Origin: an uncultured Syntrophaceae bacterium
GTDB taxonomy: Bacteria; Desulfobacterota; BSN033; UBA1163
Direction: 5' to 3'
Assembly (NCBI GenBank): GCA_964517975.1
Contig: CAZFDM010000126.1
Location: 1,818 to 65,817, forward strand
DNA: 64,000 nucleotides
In this document: positions 10,119 to 18,737 of the stretch, in pieces
How positions within the stretch are numbered: position 1 is the stretch's first letter
How the letters are laid out: each line of letters opens with the position of its first letter
The notes under the pieces: model-generated
Databases searched by the model: none
The model's input: the letters and a program-made list of their open reading frames with translations, nothing else
Told to the model about the DNA's origin: nothing
Made by a program: the position numbers and the translations under genes

Positions 10119-10359
10119 CCAAAGAATCCCCTTTCATAAAATGACCTGAACCATTATATCATCCCTGCTTTTTGACATGCAACCCCAATCAAGAAATAGA
10201 CCCTGTGGCGCTTTTTGCCCATGGGTAAAAATCACTTGTTTAGGTCATCAAATTCTGCTATCTATAATTATATCTGAGAGTGGAACGTAGAATGGGGGCT
10301 TGATCATAAGTTCTCTCTCTTCTACCTTCCATCTTCCAATCAAAAAGGAGGTGGGGTTC

Positions 10360-11487
10360 ATGATCACTATTCCGGCCCACAAGGTAAGGCAGTTTGGGGT
10401 AGAATTTTATCAAACCTCTTTTACCTCAAATGACATTCAGAAATTAGTAAAATTTGAGGTATTGGATTACCCGATCCTTGAGGAGGGAGCAAAAAAGAAA
10501 AAACCATCTAAATCCAGTCCCATCAATTGGGAACTTCTTGAAAAAAGGATCGGCAGAAGTGAGGCGGCCTTCCAAAGGCCCATGATTCGGAAGAAGATTA
10601 GAGAACTCGTCCAATATTATTCTGACTGCCAGGAGGCCCAGAATCTTCCTGCCATCCCAGGGGCAGTCATTATGATCACGGAGAAGCGACTCAAGTTTTC
10701 ACCTCTTGGGAAGAATCCTAATATTGGAATGCTTCAGATTCCAGAAGAATCAGGGATCCTTCGATGTCTCGATGGTCAACACAGGCTCCTGGCTCTTGGT
10801 GCAAATCCGGATAAGGCGATGGAAATAGACGTCCCTGCTGTCCTTTTTGATTCATTGGATCCCAGACAGACCGTTGAGCTTTTTGTAACCATCAACGCCA
10901 AACATACTCGCCTCAACCCCTCCCACCTCATCTCACTGGCTGGGCGAAGACTCTATGCAGATCGCTATCAGGCTTTAGCCCATGATATCATCCGTCAACT
11001 CAATGAAGAGGAAGATTCTCCACTACGCGGTGAGATAAAGATATTGGGCGTTGGGAAAGGGAAAGTCTCCCAGGCCTCTCTGGCTGATGAGATGGTCGAT
11101 CTCTTTAACACTATTGAAAAGGTAGGTGGACCTGAGCGCTTTAAAGAATTTGAGGAGAATGGGAAACGCTTCTTCAGAAACTATTTTAAAGCCATTGTGG
11201 CGATCTTCCCAAAGGCATGGGCAGGCAGGAAATACAGTATAAAGACAGGGGCAGCACTCAGGGCCTTTATCCGGGTCAGCCCAGAGGTCATGGCTCGGTC
11301 AAAAGAGTTGAAAAAAGATGCCTTTGACTATTTTGGGATAAGGGAGGCGATTAAGAATTGGGGAGATCGAATCGGGGATGAGCGATTTGAGACCGAGGGG
11401 GAATGGAAGAGGAAACTTGCTGGCGGTACCCGAGGGACGGTAGATCTTCTGTCCCGTGAACTTCGAGATGCGATGAGAGTGACTTAA
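10360..11487 (+). CDS. DGQHR-domain protein (DndB/DpdB-like), stand-alone
   Basis: literal motif LRCLDGQHRLLAL; ATG at 10360 with GGAGG RBS (track ORF begins 10300); about 375 aa as for DndB-family proteins. Confidence 0.7.
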   Translation: MITIPAHKVRQFGVEFYQTSFTSNDIQKLVKFEVLDYPILEEGAKKKKPSKSSPINWELLEKRIGRSEAAFQRPMIRKKIRELVQYYSDCQEAQNLPAIPGAVIMITEKRLKFSPLGKNPNIGMLQIPEESGILRCLDGQHRLLALGANPDKAMEIDVPAVLFDSLDPRQTVELFVTINAKHTRLNPSHLISLAGRRLYADRYQALAHDIIRQLNEEEDSPLRGEIKILGVGKGKVSQASLADEMVDLFNTIEKVGGPERFKEFEENGKRFFRNYFKAIVAIFPKAWAGRKYSIKTGAALRAFIRVSPEVMARSKELKKDAFDYFGIREAIKNWGDRIGDERFETEGEWKRKLAGGTRGTVDLLSRELRDAMRVT

Positions 11488-11527
11488 GCAGGGGGAATCA
11501 ACTCATTTTTTCAAAAAAGGAGAAGGG

Positions 11528-12733
11528 ATGAAACGGTATCTGATCATTGGAGATGGCGTGGCAGGAGCAAGGGCGGCTGTAAAGATCCGTGAGGGCGACC
11601 CGAAAGGTGAGATAAGAATCTTTACCGATGAAGCCTATCCCTTTTATTACAGGGTTCGATTCCCAGAGTTGATTGCAGGCGAAGTAACCCTTCAAGGAAT
11701 TACCATTCATCCAGAAGCCTTCTACAAGGATAAGGAGATCTTTCTCCACTTGGAAGAAAGGATTATAGAGGTTTATCCTGATAAAGGAGAGGTCAAGAGC
11801 CAAAAAGAGAAGGTCTATCCTTATGATCTTTTGCTTATGGCCACAGGTGGATGTGCCTTTCTTCCTCCGCTCAAAGGGTCAGACAAAAAAGGGGTCTTCA
11901 CCCTTCGGACAATGAAGGATGCCATTGAGATAAAGGAGTTTTCTTCAGAGGTAAGGCAAGCGATCCTCATAGGTGGAGGCCTGGTGGGATTGGAAACAGG
12001 GGGAGCTCTCTTAAGGCGAGGCTTAAAGGTAGCGGTCATTGAACATAATCCGAGAATCCTTCCAAGGCAGATGGATCCTGAAGGGGCAACCTTTCTTCAG
12101 GAGAAGATGGAAAGGATGGGGTTTACTTTTTTCCTTAATGGAATCACAGAAGAGATCTTTGGAAAGGAGAAGGTAGAAGGGGTTCGCCTAAAAGATGGAA
12201 GAACCATTGAAGGGGAGATGGTGATCATCTCTGCAGGCGTACGGCCAAATGTTCAACTGGCACGGGCAATGGGATTGGAAATCAACAATGGGATTTTAGT
12301 CAATGATCGACTGGAGACAAGTTTTAGAGGGGTCTATGGAGCAGGGGATTGCTCTGAACATCGGGGGCGAGTCTATGGAATCTGGCCTGCAGCCCAGAAA
12401 CAGGGAGAGATCGCCGGAATGAATATGGCAGGAGGGGACGTTCTCTATGAAGGAACGGTCGTTTCAAATAAACTAAAAGTGGTGGGCATAGACCTCACCT
12501 CTGCAGGGGAAATTGATCCCGAAGGAAAACTGGAATGTGTGGTAAGAAGCGACCGAGAAAGATGTCACTACTGCAAAGTGACCTTTAAAGAGGACCGAGT
12601 GGTAGGCTGTATCTTCCTTGGAGAGACCAAAGGAGTCCCAGAAATCCTTCAGGCGATTGAGAATAAGATAGAGGTAAAGGATTTTAAGGAAGAGATCCTA
12701 AAAGAGGGGTTTGATTTTAAGAGGCTGAAATGA
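11528..12733 (+). CDS. FAD-dependent pyridine nucleotide-disulfide oxidoreductase (NirB small/NADH oxidase-like)
   Basis: two Rossmann dinucleotide motifs (IIGDGVAGARAA and ILIGGGLVGLETGG), GAGDC motif; 40 nt after DGQHR gene. Confidence 0.7.
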   Translation: MKRYLIIGDGVAGARAAVKIREGDPKGEIRIFTDEAYPFYYRVRFPELIAGEVTLQGITIHPEAFYKDKEIFLHLEERIIEVYPDKGEVKSQKEKVYPYDLLLMATGGCAFLPPLKGSDKKGVFTLRTMKDAIEIKEFSSEVRQAILIGGGLVGLETGGALLRRGLKVAVIEHNPRILPRQMDPEGATFLQEKMERMGFTFFLNGITEEIFGKEKVEGVRLKDGRTIEGEMVIISAGVRPNVQLARAMGLEINNGILVNDRLETSFRGVYGAGDCSEHRGRVYGIWPAAQKQGEIAGMNMAGGDVLYEGTVVSNKLKVVGIDLTSAGEIDPEGKLECVVRSDRERCHYCKVTFKEDRVVGCIFLGETKGVPEILQAIENKIEVKDFKEEILKEGFDFKRLK

Positions 12734-12751
12734 ATTGGCCGTGGGGTCTTC

Positions 12752-12786
12752 AAAAAAAATCCACCGTTCAGGTGGATTTTTTGTAT
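12752..12786 (+). terminator. rho-independent terminator (bidirectional-looking)
   Basis: aaaaaaatccacc-gttca-ggtggattttttg: 9-bp GC-containing stem, 5-nt loop, T-tract; 19 nt after oxidoreductase stop. Confidence 0.7.
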
Positions 12787-12935
12787 TGAGGAGGAAAGAG
12801 TTTTTTTCTTTTGTTAGTTAAATCTATACCATATCCACATTAAAAGAAGATTAAAAAAAGATTAAAATTTTCTAATCTTTCAACCCTTAAATTAGTCTTA
12901 AGGAATCAGAAAATAGGGCAAAAAAGGAGGGAGAG

Positions 12936-13493
12936 ATGGAGGAAGAGAGGAAATTGAGCGAAGAAGAATTTGTGATTCAGGCCATTAGGAAGTTAAGAAA
13001 GGAGCCCTTTCGGGGGATCCATAGCGTATACAGTGGATTCAACGAGGCTTTTCGAAGATATTTTAATGCGAATCCCATCGAGGCCACCCATAGACTCGCT
13101 CGAGAGGGAAAGATTGAGACAAGGCCCTTTAAGGGAGGGGTGATGCTCTTTCTACCTGGAGAGGCTCCTCAAAGGCCGTCTGTGGAAGAGGTGATTCGAA
13201 GAATCGTTGAGCCTGGGGATCGGACTCTTACGGAGGAGGAGTTCGTCCTTGAGGGAATCAAGAAGTTGAGAAGAGAACCTTACCGAGGGATTCATAGTGT
13301 CTTTAGCGGGTTTAACGACGCCTTCCGAAAACATTTTAATAAAGACCCAATCGAACTAACCAATAAAATGGCCTCGGAGGGAAAGATTGAAATCATCCCT
13401 CTAAAGAGTGGGAGAGGGGTCATGCTCTACCTTCCAGGAGAAGGGCCAAGGGGACGAAAAACTGAAGAGGCACTGAAGAAGATTTTAGGTTAG
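12936..13493 (+). CDS. hypothetical protein composed of two tandem ~85-aa repeats
   Basis: residues ~9-85 and ~100-180 about 60% identical (EEEFV.Q.IRKLR.EPFRGIHSV.SGFN.AFR..FN..PIE.T...A.EGKIE..P.K...GVML.LPGE); GGAGG RBS; family not recognised. Confidence 0.5.
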   Translation: MEEERKLSEEEFVIQAIRKLRKEPFRGIHSVYSGFNEAFRRYFNANPIEATHRLAREGKIETRPFKGGVMLFLPGEAPQRPSVEEVIRRIVEPGDRTLTEEEFVLEGIKKLRREPYRGIHSVFSGFNDAFRKHFNKDPIELTNKMASEGKIEIIPLKSGRGVMLYLPGEGPRGRKTEEALKKILG

Positions 13494-13516
13494 GGATTTA
13501 AGAAGAATTAACCCCT

Positions 13517-14053
13517 TTAGGATACCACGATCTCTTTTAGGGCTTCTTTATAGACGTCAAAGGTTTTGGTGTCAAAAAGGACAAATCTGACCAGTTTGAT
13601 TTCAGGATGATCTTTTAGATAGTCTCTCACAGTTGTTAAAGCAATCCGAGAGGCCTCTTCTACAGGATACCCATATACCCCTGTGCTGATGGAGGGAAAG
13701 GCAATCGAAGAGATTTTGTGTTGGGTGCAGAGTTCCAGGCTTTTTCGATAGGCGCTGGAAAGGAGTTCTGCATCTTTGGGTGATCCTGAATAGATTGGAC
13801 CTACCGCATGGATCACATACTTTGCCTTTAAGTTCCCACCTCCTGTAATCACCGCAGAACCAGTGGGGCACCCTTTATAGTTTGCCCTGAGTTCAGCCAT
13901 AATGGCCGGTCCCCCTGCCCTATGAATCGCACCATCCACTCCGCCTCCCCCTGCCAGTCGGGAGTTGGCGGCATTTCCAATGGCCTCAGTATCCTGTTGG
14001 GTGATATCACCCTGAACCACCTCTAAGGTTGATTGATGAACGGAAACCTTCAT
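13517..14053 (-). CDS. macro-domain protein (O-acetyl-ADP-ribose deacetylase, YmdB-like)
   Basis: 178 aa; GNAANSRLAGGGGVDGAIHRAGG and AFPSISTGVYGYP macro-domain motifs. Confidence 0.85.
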   Translation of the reverse strand: MKVSVHQSTLEVVQGDITQQDTEAIGNAANSRLAGGGGVDGAIHRAGGPAIMAELRANYKGCPTGSAVITGGGNLKAKYVIHAVGPIYSGSPKDAELLSSAYRKSLELCTQHKISSIAFPSISTGVYGYPVEEASRIALTTVRDYLKDHPEIKLVRFVLFDTKTFDVYKEALKEIVVS

Positions 14054-14134
14054 GACCTCCCCCCTTCTTTTTTCTACCTAAAAGAAAGAAGTAGCCTCCT
14101 CCCTGGACTCATAGTGTCTCGTAAAAGGATTTTT

Positions 14135-14743
14135 TTAAGTATTTAAAGGATTGAATAAATTTATCAAAAACCTCAAAGGCCGATGGGTCATAAACCCCAT
14201 CAAGGGCCTCCACTGGGTAATATAAAAGGCCACGATCCTCTCCCCACGTTTCGCAAAAATCACCTTAGCCTTTGCCTTCTCCTTTTTCACCGGATCCTTC
14301 CCTTCCACGGTGACTGATAGCCCTTCTTGCCCAAGGACCTGAACCTTCTTTCTCTCTAAGACTTCAAACTTTAATATGGCGTTCCAGAGAAACCTTTTAA
14401 AGAACTCCTTCTCCCTTCCCTCAAAGGTAGTTGAGCATCCAAATGGCTCCTCATCATAGGCAAAGATAGATTGGGATGGAAAAGGGCCTGGGTCTCTCCT
14501 CATAAATCCAAATGCAAACTCTCCCTCGTCCTCTCCTTCTGGCCAGAAGATATTCCAACCAAGTGGGGGTAACATAAACTCATATTCTCCCCCATAAATC
14601 ACTGTCCCCCTCGGAGTGACTTCATAGGGTTTCTTCTTCGTCTCCAAAGTGGCGCATCCCATCAGTAAAAGGAGATAGAAGATTAATAAAAATAGAGTAA
14701 GAGATTGTCTTCTCATCGTTTCTCTCCTGCTTATAAGGATCAT
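14135..14743 (-). CDS. hypothetical lipoprotein
   Basis: signal peptide with lipobox LLMGC; start overlaps stop of upstream peroxiredoxin gene; no recognised domain. Confidence 0.4.
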   Translation of the reverse strand: MILISRRETMRRQSLTLFLLIFYLLLLMGCATLETKKKPYEVTPRGTVIYGGEYEFMLPPLGWNIFWPEGEDEGEFAFGFMRRDPGPFPSQSIFAYDEEPFGCSTTFEGREKEFFKRFLWNAILKFEVLERKKVQVLGQEGLSVTVEGKDPVKKEKAKAKVIFAKRGERIVAFYITQWRPLMGFMTHRPLRFLINLFNPLNT

Positions 14744-15354
14744 TGATCTTCCTCGTTCAACTTCTTAAGGAATAGAAGGATCTCTTTGTAACGGGGAGAT
14801 CCATCCTGCACATATCGGATCACCCCTCTCTTATCAATAATGACTGTTCTTCGCGAAAAGACTGGATAGCCTTTAATCTCCAAAGAGGGTTCCACTCCAA
14901 AAGAGGCACCTAAAAACCCAGTCACATTGGAAAGAAGGGGAAAGGTTAAATCCAGACTTTTTGCCCAATATTTTAGGATAATCACATCATCTACACTGAC
15001 ACCCAGAACCCGGGCGTTGAAGCGCTCATAGAGGTAGAGATTCCTCTGATGGCCCTCCATCTCACCCGTTCAGATAGGGGTAAAGGCAGCCGGAAAGAAG
15101 GTGATGATGAGATGGTATTTCCCATAATACTCCTCTGCATAATTGATGAGTCGATCCTCGGTCGAAGGCAAGGTAAAATTCGGTGTCTCTCTTCCAACCA
15201 ACTCCATCTTCTTTTTTGCCTCTACATTGAAGCAAAGAAAGAGCAGTAAAACCATTACCCATCCCGACCACACCCAAAGTCCTTTTCTTCTCATGACAGA
15301 CCTCCTTCGAGGTTTTATAGACTTATTATAATAGGTTTTGTAAAGAGTTACCAT
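14740..15354 (-). CDS. AhpC/TSA-family peroxiredoxin with in-frame TGA (15070..15072) at the peroxidatic Cys position; candidate selenocysteine peroxiredoxin
   Basis: ORFs 15070..15354 and 14740..15060 share one frame, separated only by TGA; read-through gives FFPAAFTPI-U-TGEMEG...LGVSVDD...FPLLSN, the canonical F-T-P-x-C-T-x-E Prx motif; signal/TM N-terminus; Cys paralogue at 59443..60060. Confidence 0.6.
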
Positions 15355-15422
15355 CTGACCCTATCACAAAAATACCTTGCTAAAAAGGATTTAAGATGTT
15401 AATTTTGTTTTGGAGAAAAGAT

Positions 15423-15863
15423 ATGATTGCCTATGACCTTGTCTGTTCGAATGGCCACCTTTTTGAATGCTGGTTTAAGGATAGCACCTCCTTCGAGGAG
15501 CAGAAATCGGCAGGAATCATTAATTGTCCGATCTGCAATGACACCGATGTTGAAAAGGTCTTCTCTCCTTTTGCAATAAAAAAAGGAGAAGGAAGGAGGA
15601 AGGAAGAGGGAAGAGAGGATGGGGAGGAGAAGGGAAGAAAAGAGATAACTCTTCAACAAACCTTCCGAATGATCAATGAATATCTGGATAAGTATTTTGA
15701 GGATGTAGGCAGGAATTTTACCAAAGAGGCGCTTAAAATCCATTGGGGGGAGGCCGAGAAGAGAAATATTAAAGGGATTGCTACTCCACAAGAGGAGGCC
15801 CTTTTAAAGGAGGAAGGGGTTCCCTTTATCAAGGTTCCCATTGTGAAAAGGCTCGATAATTGA
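15423..15863 (+). CDS. DUF1178-like zinc-ribbon protein
   Basis: MIAYDLVCSNGHLFECWF...CPICN pattern typical of DUF1178; start placed at second Met of track ORF. Confidence 0.45.
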   Translation: MIAYDLVCSNGHLFECWFKDSTSFEEQKSAGIINCPICNDTDVEKVFSPFAIKKGEGRRKEEGREDGEEKGRKEITLQQTFRMINEYLDKYFEDVGRNFTKEALKIHWGEAEKRNIKGIATPQEEALLKEEGVPFIKVPIVKRLDN

Positions 15864-15912
15864 TGCGAAGTTTCGGGTCTTAAATGATAACAAAGTGTTG
15901 GACAACAGCAGC

Positions 15913-16701
15913 TTAAGGCCGTAAGGAGAATTGTATCTCTTGAAATTTACCTTCTCTAAAAATTAAGAGTTTTATTAAACCCCCTCCTTTTACCTCATCT
16001 ATCGCCTCTTCAAATTGCTGAAGGCTTCCTATCTCTTTCAAATTGACCTTTGAAATAATGTCCCCTGCCCTGATCCCAGAAAGTTCAGAGGGACTGCCAC
16101 CCACTACCTCCGAAACCAGAACTCCCTTGGGTCCCTTAAAGTTGAAATGGGAGGCCAAGGAGGGAGTGAGTTCCTGAACCCGAATCCCATAGCGTTCGGA
16201 GTGGGTAGGGGGTTGGGTCAAGGTAACTCCTTTTTGTTCGAGGATTTTTGCTGAGACATAAATGGGGCATTTCGATTTCAATGCAAGGATAATGGCATCG
16301 CTTGGCCGAGCATCCACTTCGATTAGATTTTTGTTGGAGATCAGCGAAAGGGTAGCATAGTAAGTATTATCCTTTAGGTCAACGACTCTCACCTCCTTCA
16401 ATTTAACCTGGACTTGACCCAGAATGGAATGAAGCAGGTCGTGAGTCATGGGTCTTGTTGAAGTGAGATGCCGGAGTTCCTTATCGATCGCATTGGCTTC
16501 GGGAAACCCAATCCATATTGGAAATAACTTTTTACCCTCTTTATCGGACAAAATGACGACAGGACTTTGTCCAATCCAATCAAGTCTCACCCCTTTTACC
16601 TCCATCTCAACAAAACCCGGCACACTCTCCCTGGCCATTGTGATGAAAACAAATAACAGAAGGAGGACTCCTGCAAGGATAAGTTTCCAATAGCGTTTCA
16701 T
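15913..16701 (-). CDS. membrane-anchored bifunctional-nuclease (BFN/DUF151) domain protein with C-terminal PDZ domain
   Basis: N-terminal TM; IEVDARPSDAIILAL BFN core; C-terminal PDZ-like GVLVSEVVGGSPSELSGIRAGDIISKVN. Confidence 0.5.
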   Translation of the reverse strand: MKRYWKLILAGVLLLLFVFITMARESVPGFVEMEVKGVRLDWIGQSPVVILSDKEGKKLFPIWIGFPEANAIDKELRHLTSTRPMTHDLLHSILGQVQVKLKEVRVVDLKDNTYYATLSLISNKNLIEVDARPSDAIILALKSKCPIYVSAKILEQKGVTLTQPPTHSERYGIRVQELTPSLASHFNFKGPKGVLVSEVVGGSPSELSGIRAGDIISKVNLKEIGSLQQFEEAIDEVKGGGLIKLLIFREGKFQEIQFSLRP

Positions 16702-16716
16702 GATTTTTCCTCTCCC

Positions 16717-17217
16717 TTATTGGTGAAGACTCACCTGATCTCCCTCAAGAGAAGGATGATGGGAAGGCAATCCCTTTCTCTTTGAGGATAAGGCCCTCTT
16801 TCTTAAAATGGCCATCAACCCAATAATGATCTTCTGTCCATCTCGCTTGGTCACTGGATTGGGCCTTTTGATAATCCGCTGGCAGAAGCCTTGATAATGG
16901 GCTTCTGTCCATCCCAATTCCCTTAAGAGGTAAGTGAGAAAGTCCTGCTGACTGGAGGTGATCGATTCCTCACCTTGAGGACTTCCAGCAGGGATAAGCC
17001 TTGATTTAGGACTTGGATGGTAGGGGTGGAGAAGAAGGCCTTTAAACCCCATCTCCTGGAAACGTGTCATCACCTTCTCAAATCCCTTTCGGGTCAATTC
17101 AGTTGAACTCTCTACCCCAGCCACTGCCTTGAGAATCTGGCGATAGGATTCCTCATCCAACCCAAGGTCCTCTTTGGCGATATGAACCAGTGCCTTCTTT
17201 TTCTTTCCGATTTTCAT
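16717..17217 (-). CDS. GemA/DUF1018-like phage-derived regulatory protein (orphan)
   Basis: KKKALVHIAKEDLGLDEESYRQIL...TELTRKGFEKVMTRFQEMGF resembles Mu GemA/gp16 family; start moved to internal Met (25 N-terminal residues of track ORF look non-coding). Confidence 0.4.
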   Translation of the reverse strand: MKIGKKKKALVHIAKEDLGLDEESYRQILKAVAGVESSTELTRKGFEKVMTRFQEMGFKGLLLHPYHPSPKSRLIPAGSPQGEESITSSQQDFLTYLLRELGWTEAHYQGFCQRIIKRPNPVTKRDGQKIIIGLMAILRKRALSSKRKGLPSHHPSLEGDQVSLHQ

Positions 17218-17454
17218 AAAAACATTATAACCCAAATCAAATAAAAAAAGGAGAGGGATAGGGATGGTATAACTCCAGCGAGATAAACTCATAAATGGAT
17301 GGAGGGCCTTTCCGATTATAGAAAAAGATATTATATTTCTTACCAGAATGGTTATTCATTCCCGCTTTCGATAGCACTTCTTAGAATCACTCGGTTTATA
17401 TGATATACACCTATTCGGGAAGGGTGGAGAAAGATAAATTCTAAGGGAGGGGGA

Positions 17455-17937
17455 TTGAAGATGAAGATCGGTGTGATTTCAGATACTCACTTAAAAGAAC
17501 CCCATTCTGAATTTAGGAAGATTATAGAGGGCTATTTCAAAGATGTGGAAAAGATCATTCATGCTGGCGACTTTATTGATTTTCGCGTTGCAGAATATCT
17601 TTCGGGGCTGAAAGATCTTATCGCGGTCTGCGGGAATATGGACCCTCCTGAAATTCGAGAGGCCTTCCCTTATAAGAAGGTTGTTGAACTTGGAGGATTC
17701 CAGATCGGCCTAATCCATGGCGGAGGACCTCCTTTCGGGTTGGAGTCAAGGGTTAGGGAAGCCTTCGATAAGGTGGATGCCATCATCTATGGTCATTCTC
17801 ACACACCGGCCAATCACCAGGTGAAAGAGATCTACTTCTTCAATCCTGGTTCCCCCACACGTTCTTTCATCCATCATGGAACTATCGGGGTATTAACTAT
17901 CGGTGAAAAGATAGAGGGCGAGATCATCAAGATTTAG
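17455..17937 (+). CDS. YfcE/MJ0936-family metallophosphoesterase
   Basis: IGVISDTH, AGDF, GNMD, GHSH motifs, 160 aa. Confidence 0.75.
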   Translation: MKMKIGVISDTHLKEPHSEFRKIIEGYFKDVEKIIHAGDFIDFRVAEYLSGLKDLIAVCGNMDPPEIREAFPYKKVVELGGFQIGLIHGGGPPFGLESRVREAFDKVDAIIYGHSHTPANHQVKEIYFFNPGSPTRSFIHHGTIGVLTIGEKIEGEIIKI

Positions 17938-18014
17938 GAAGGGTCAATAGACTTGAGTCAGATCAATCCTAAAGATCAAGAAACCCCCAAATCCCATAGA
18001 GAAAATACATAAGT

Positions 18015-18728
18015 TTACTTTTTCGAAGGTTTGGGGAGGGCTTGATGATAGCCCGTGGGCGGATAGAAAATTTCATCTTTCAATTCTTTTTTCTCTATCT
18101 TTTTTACTTCAAGCCGGTGGATCCCTCCCAATCCATAAGTCATGGTATAATCCTTCACCAAAATAGGAAACCCAATGGTTTTTAACTTTTCGTAGATCTC
18201 CCTTCCTTCTTTCATCTCGGAGCGAAACTGCTTTGAGAATCCTCTAACTATTTTCTCATTCACCTTCTCCATCTCTCCCATCTCCACCTCTCGGGTGACC
18301 CAATTCTCCTCGATTAGCTCTCCATCTGCTATAATTTCGACCTTCTCTGTAGGAAAGCCATTGATGATGGCTGTCTCACCTGTCTTTCTCACAATAATCT
18401 TTCTTTCCTTTGGTGGAATGGCTGGGGTGTCTTTTTTAAGCCGCCTTGAAACCTCCTTTTCCCACTGGGAGAATTTGATCTCTACATAGCTTTTGGAAGG
18501 GTGTTCTATCATGACTAATCGGTCCTCCTTGAAATCAATGATCGTTGTCAGGCCCTCCTCCAGATGGTCGGTGCGGAATCTAAATCCTGAATAATAGGTG
18601 ATGACTGAGGCAGGTTTTCCCTCCATATCCCTCATCACCTGTTCGATGACCATCCCCGCCCATCCCTCCTTAGGGAGCAGAGCGAACCCTGTCAAAAGAA
18701 TCCCTATTACAAAGGCCATCCGTTTCAT
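18015..18728 (-). CDS. secreted hypothetical protein (DUF4412-like?)
   Basis: signal peptide, 237 aa, charged repetitive C-terminus; weak family guess. Confidence 0.35.
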   Translation of the reverse strand: MKRMAFVIGILLTGFALLPKEGWAGMVIEQVMRDMEGKPASVITYYSGFRFRTDHLEEGLTTIIDFKEDRLVMIEHPSKSYVEIKFSQWEKEVSRRLKKDTPAIPPKERKIIVRKTGETAIINGFPTEKVEIIADGELIEENWVTREVEMGEMEKVNEKIVRGFSKQFRSEMKEGREIYEKLKTIGFPILVKDYTMTYGLGGIHRLEVKKIEKKELKDEIFYPPTGYHQALPKPSKK

Positions 18729-18737
18729 TTTTCCTCC

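Noticed and set aside
9783-11487. HNH nuclease plus DGQHR protein as a restriction-like two-gene system
   Set aside because: The HNH protein is colinear with housekeeping YajD (DGSNWE-LC-YCHD-EHS). It is on the opposite strand and divergent, so it is not taken as a partner of the DGQHR gene.
15070-15072. Possibility that the in-frame TGA reflects an alternative genetic code (TGA=Gly/Trp) rather than selenocysteine
   Set aside because: TGA terminates many well-delimited genes in the window, including this gene's own end at 14740, and no other ORF needs TGA read-through.
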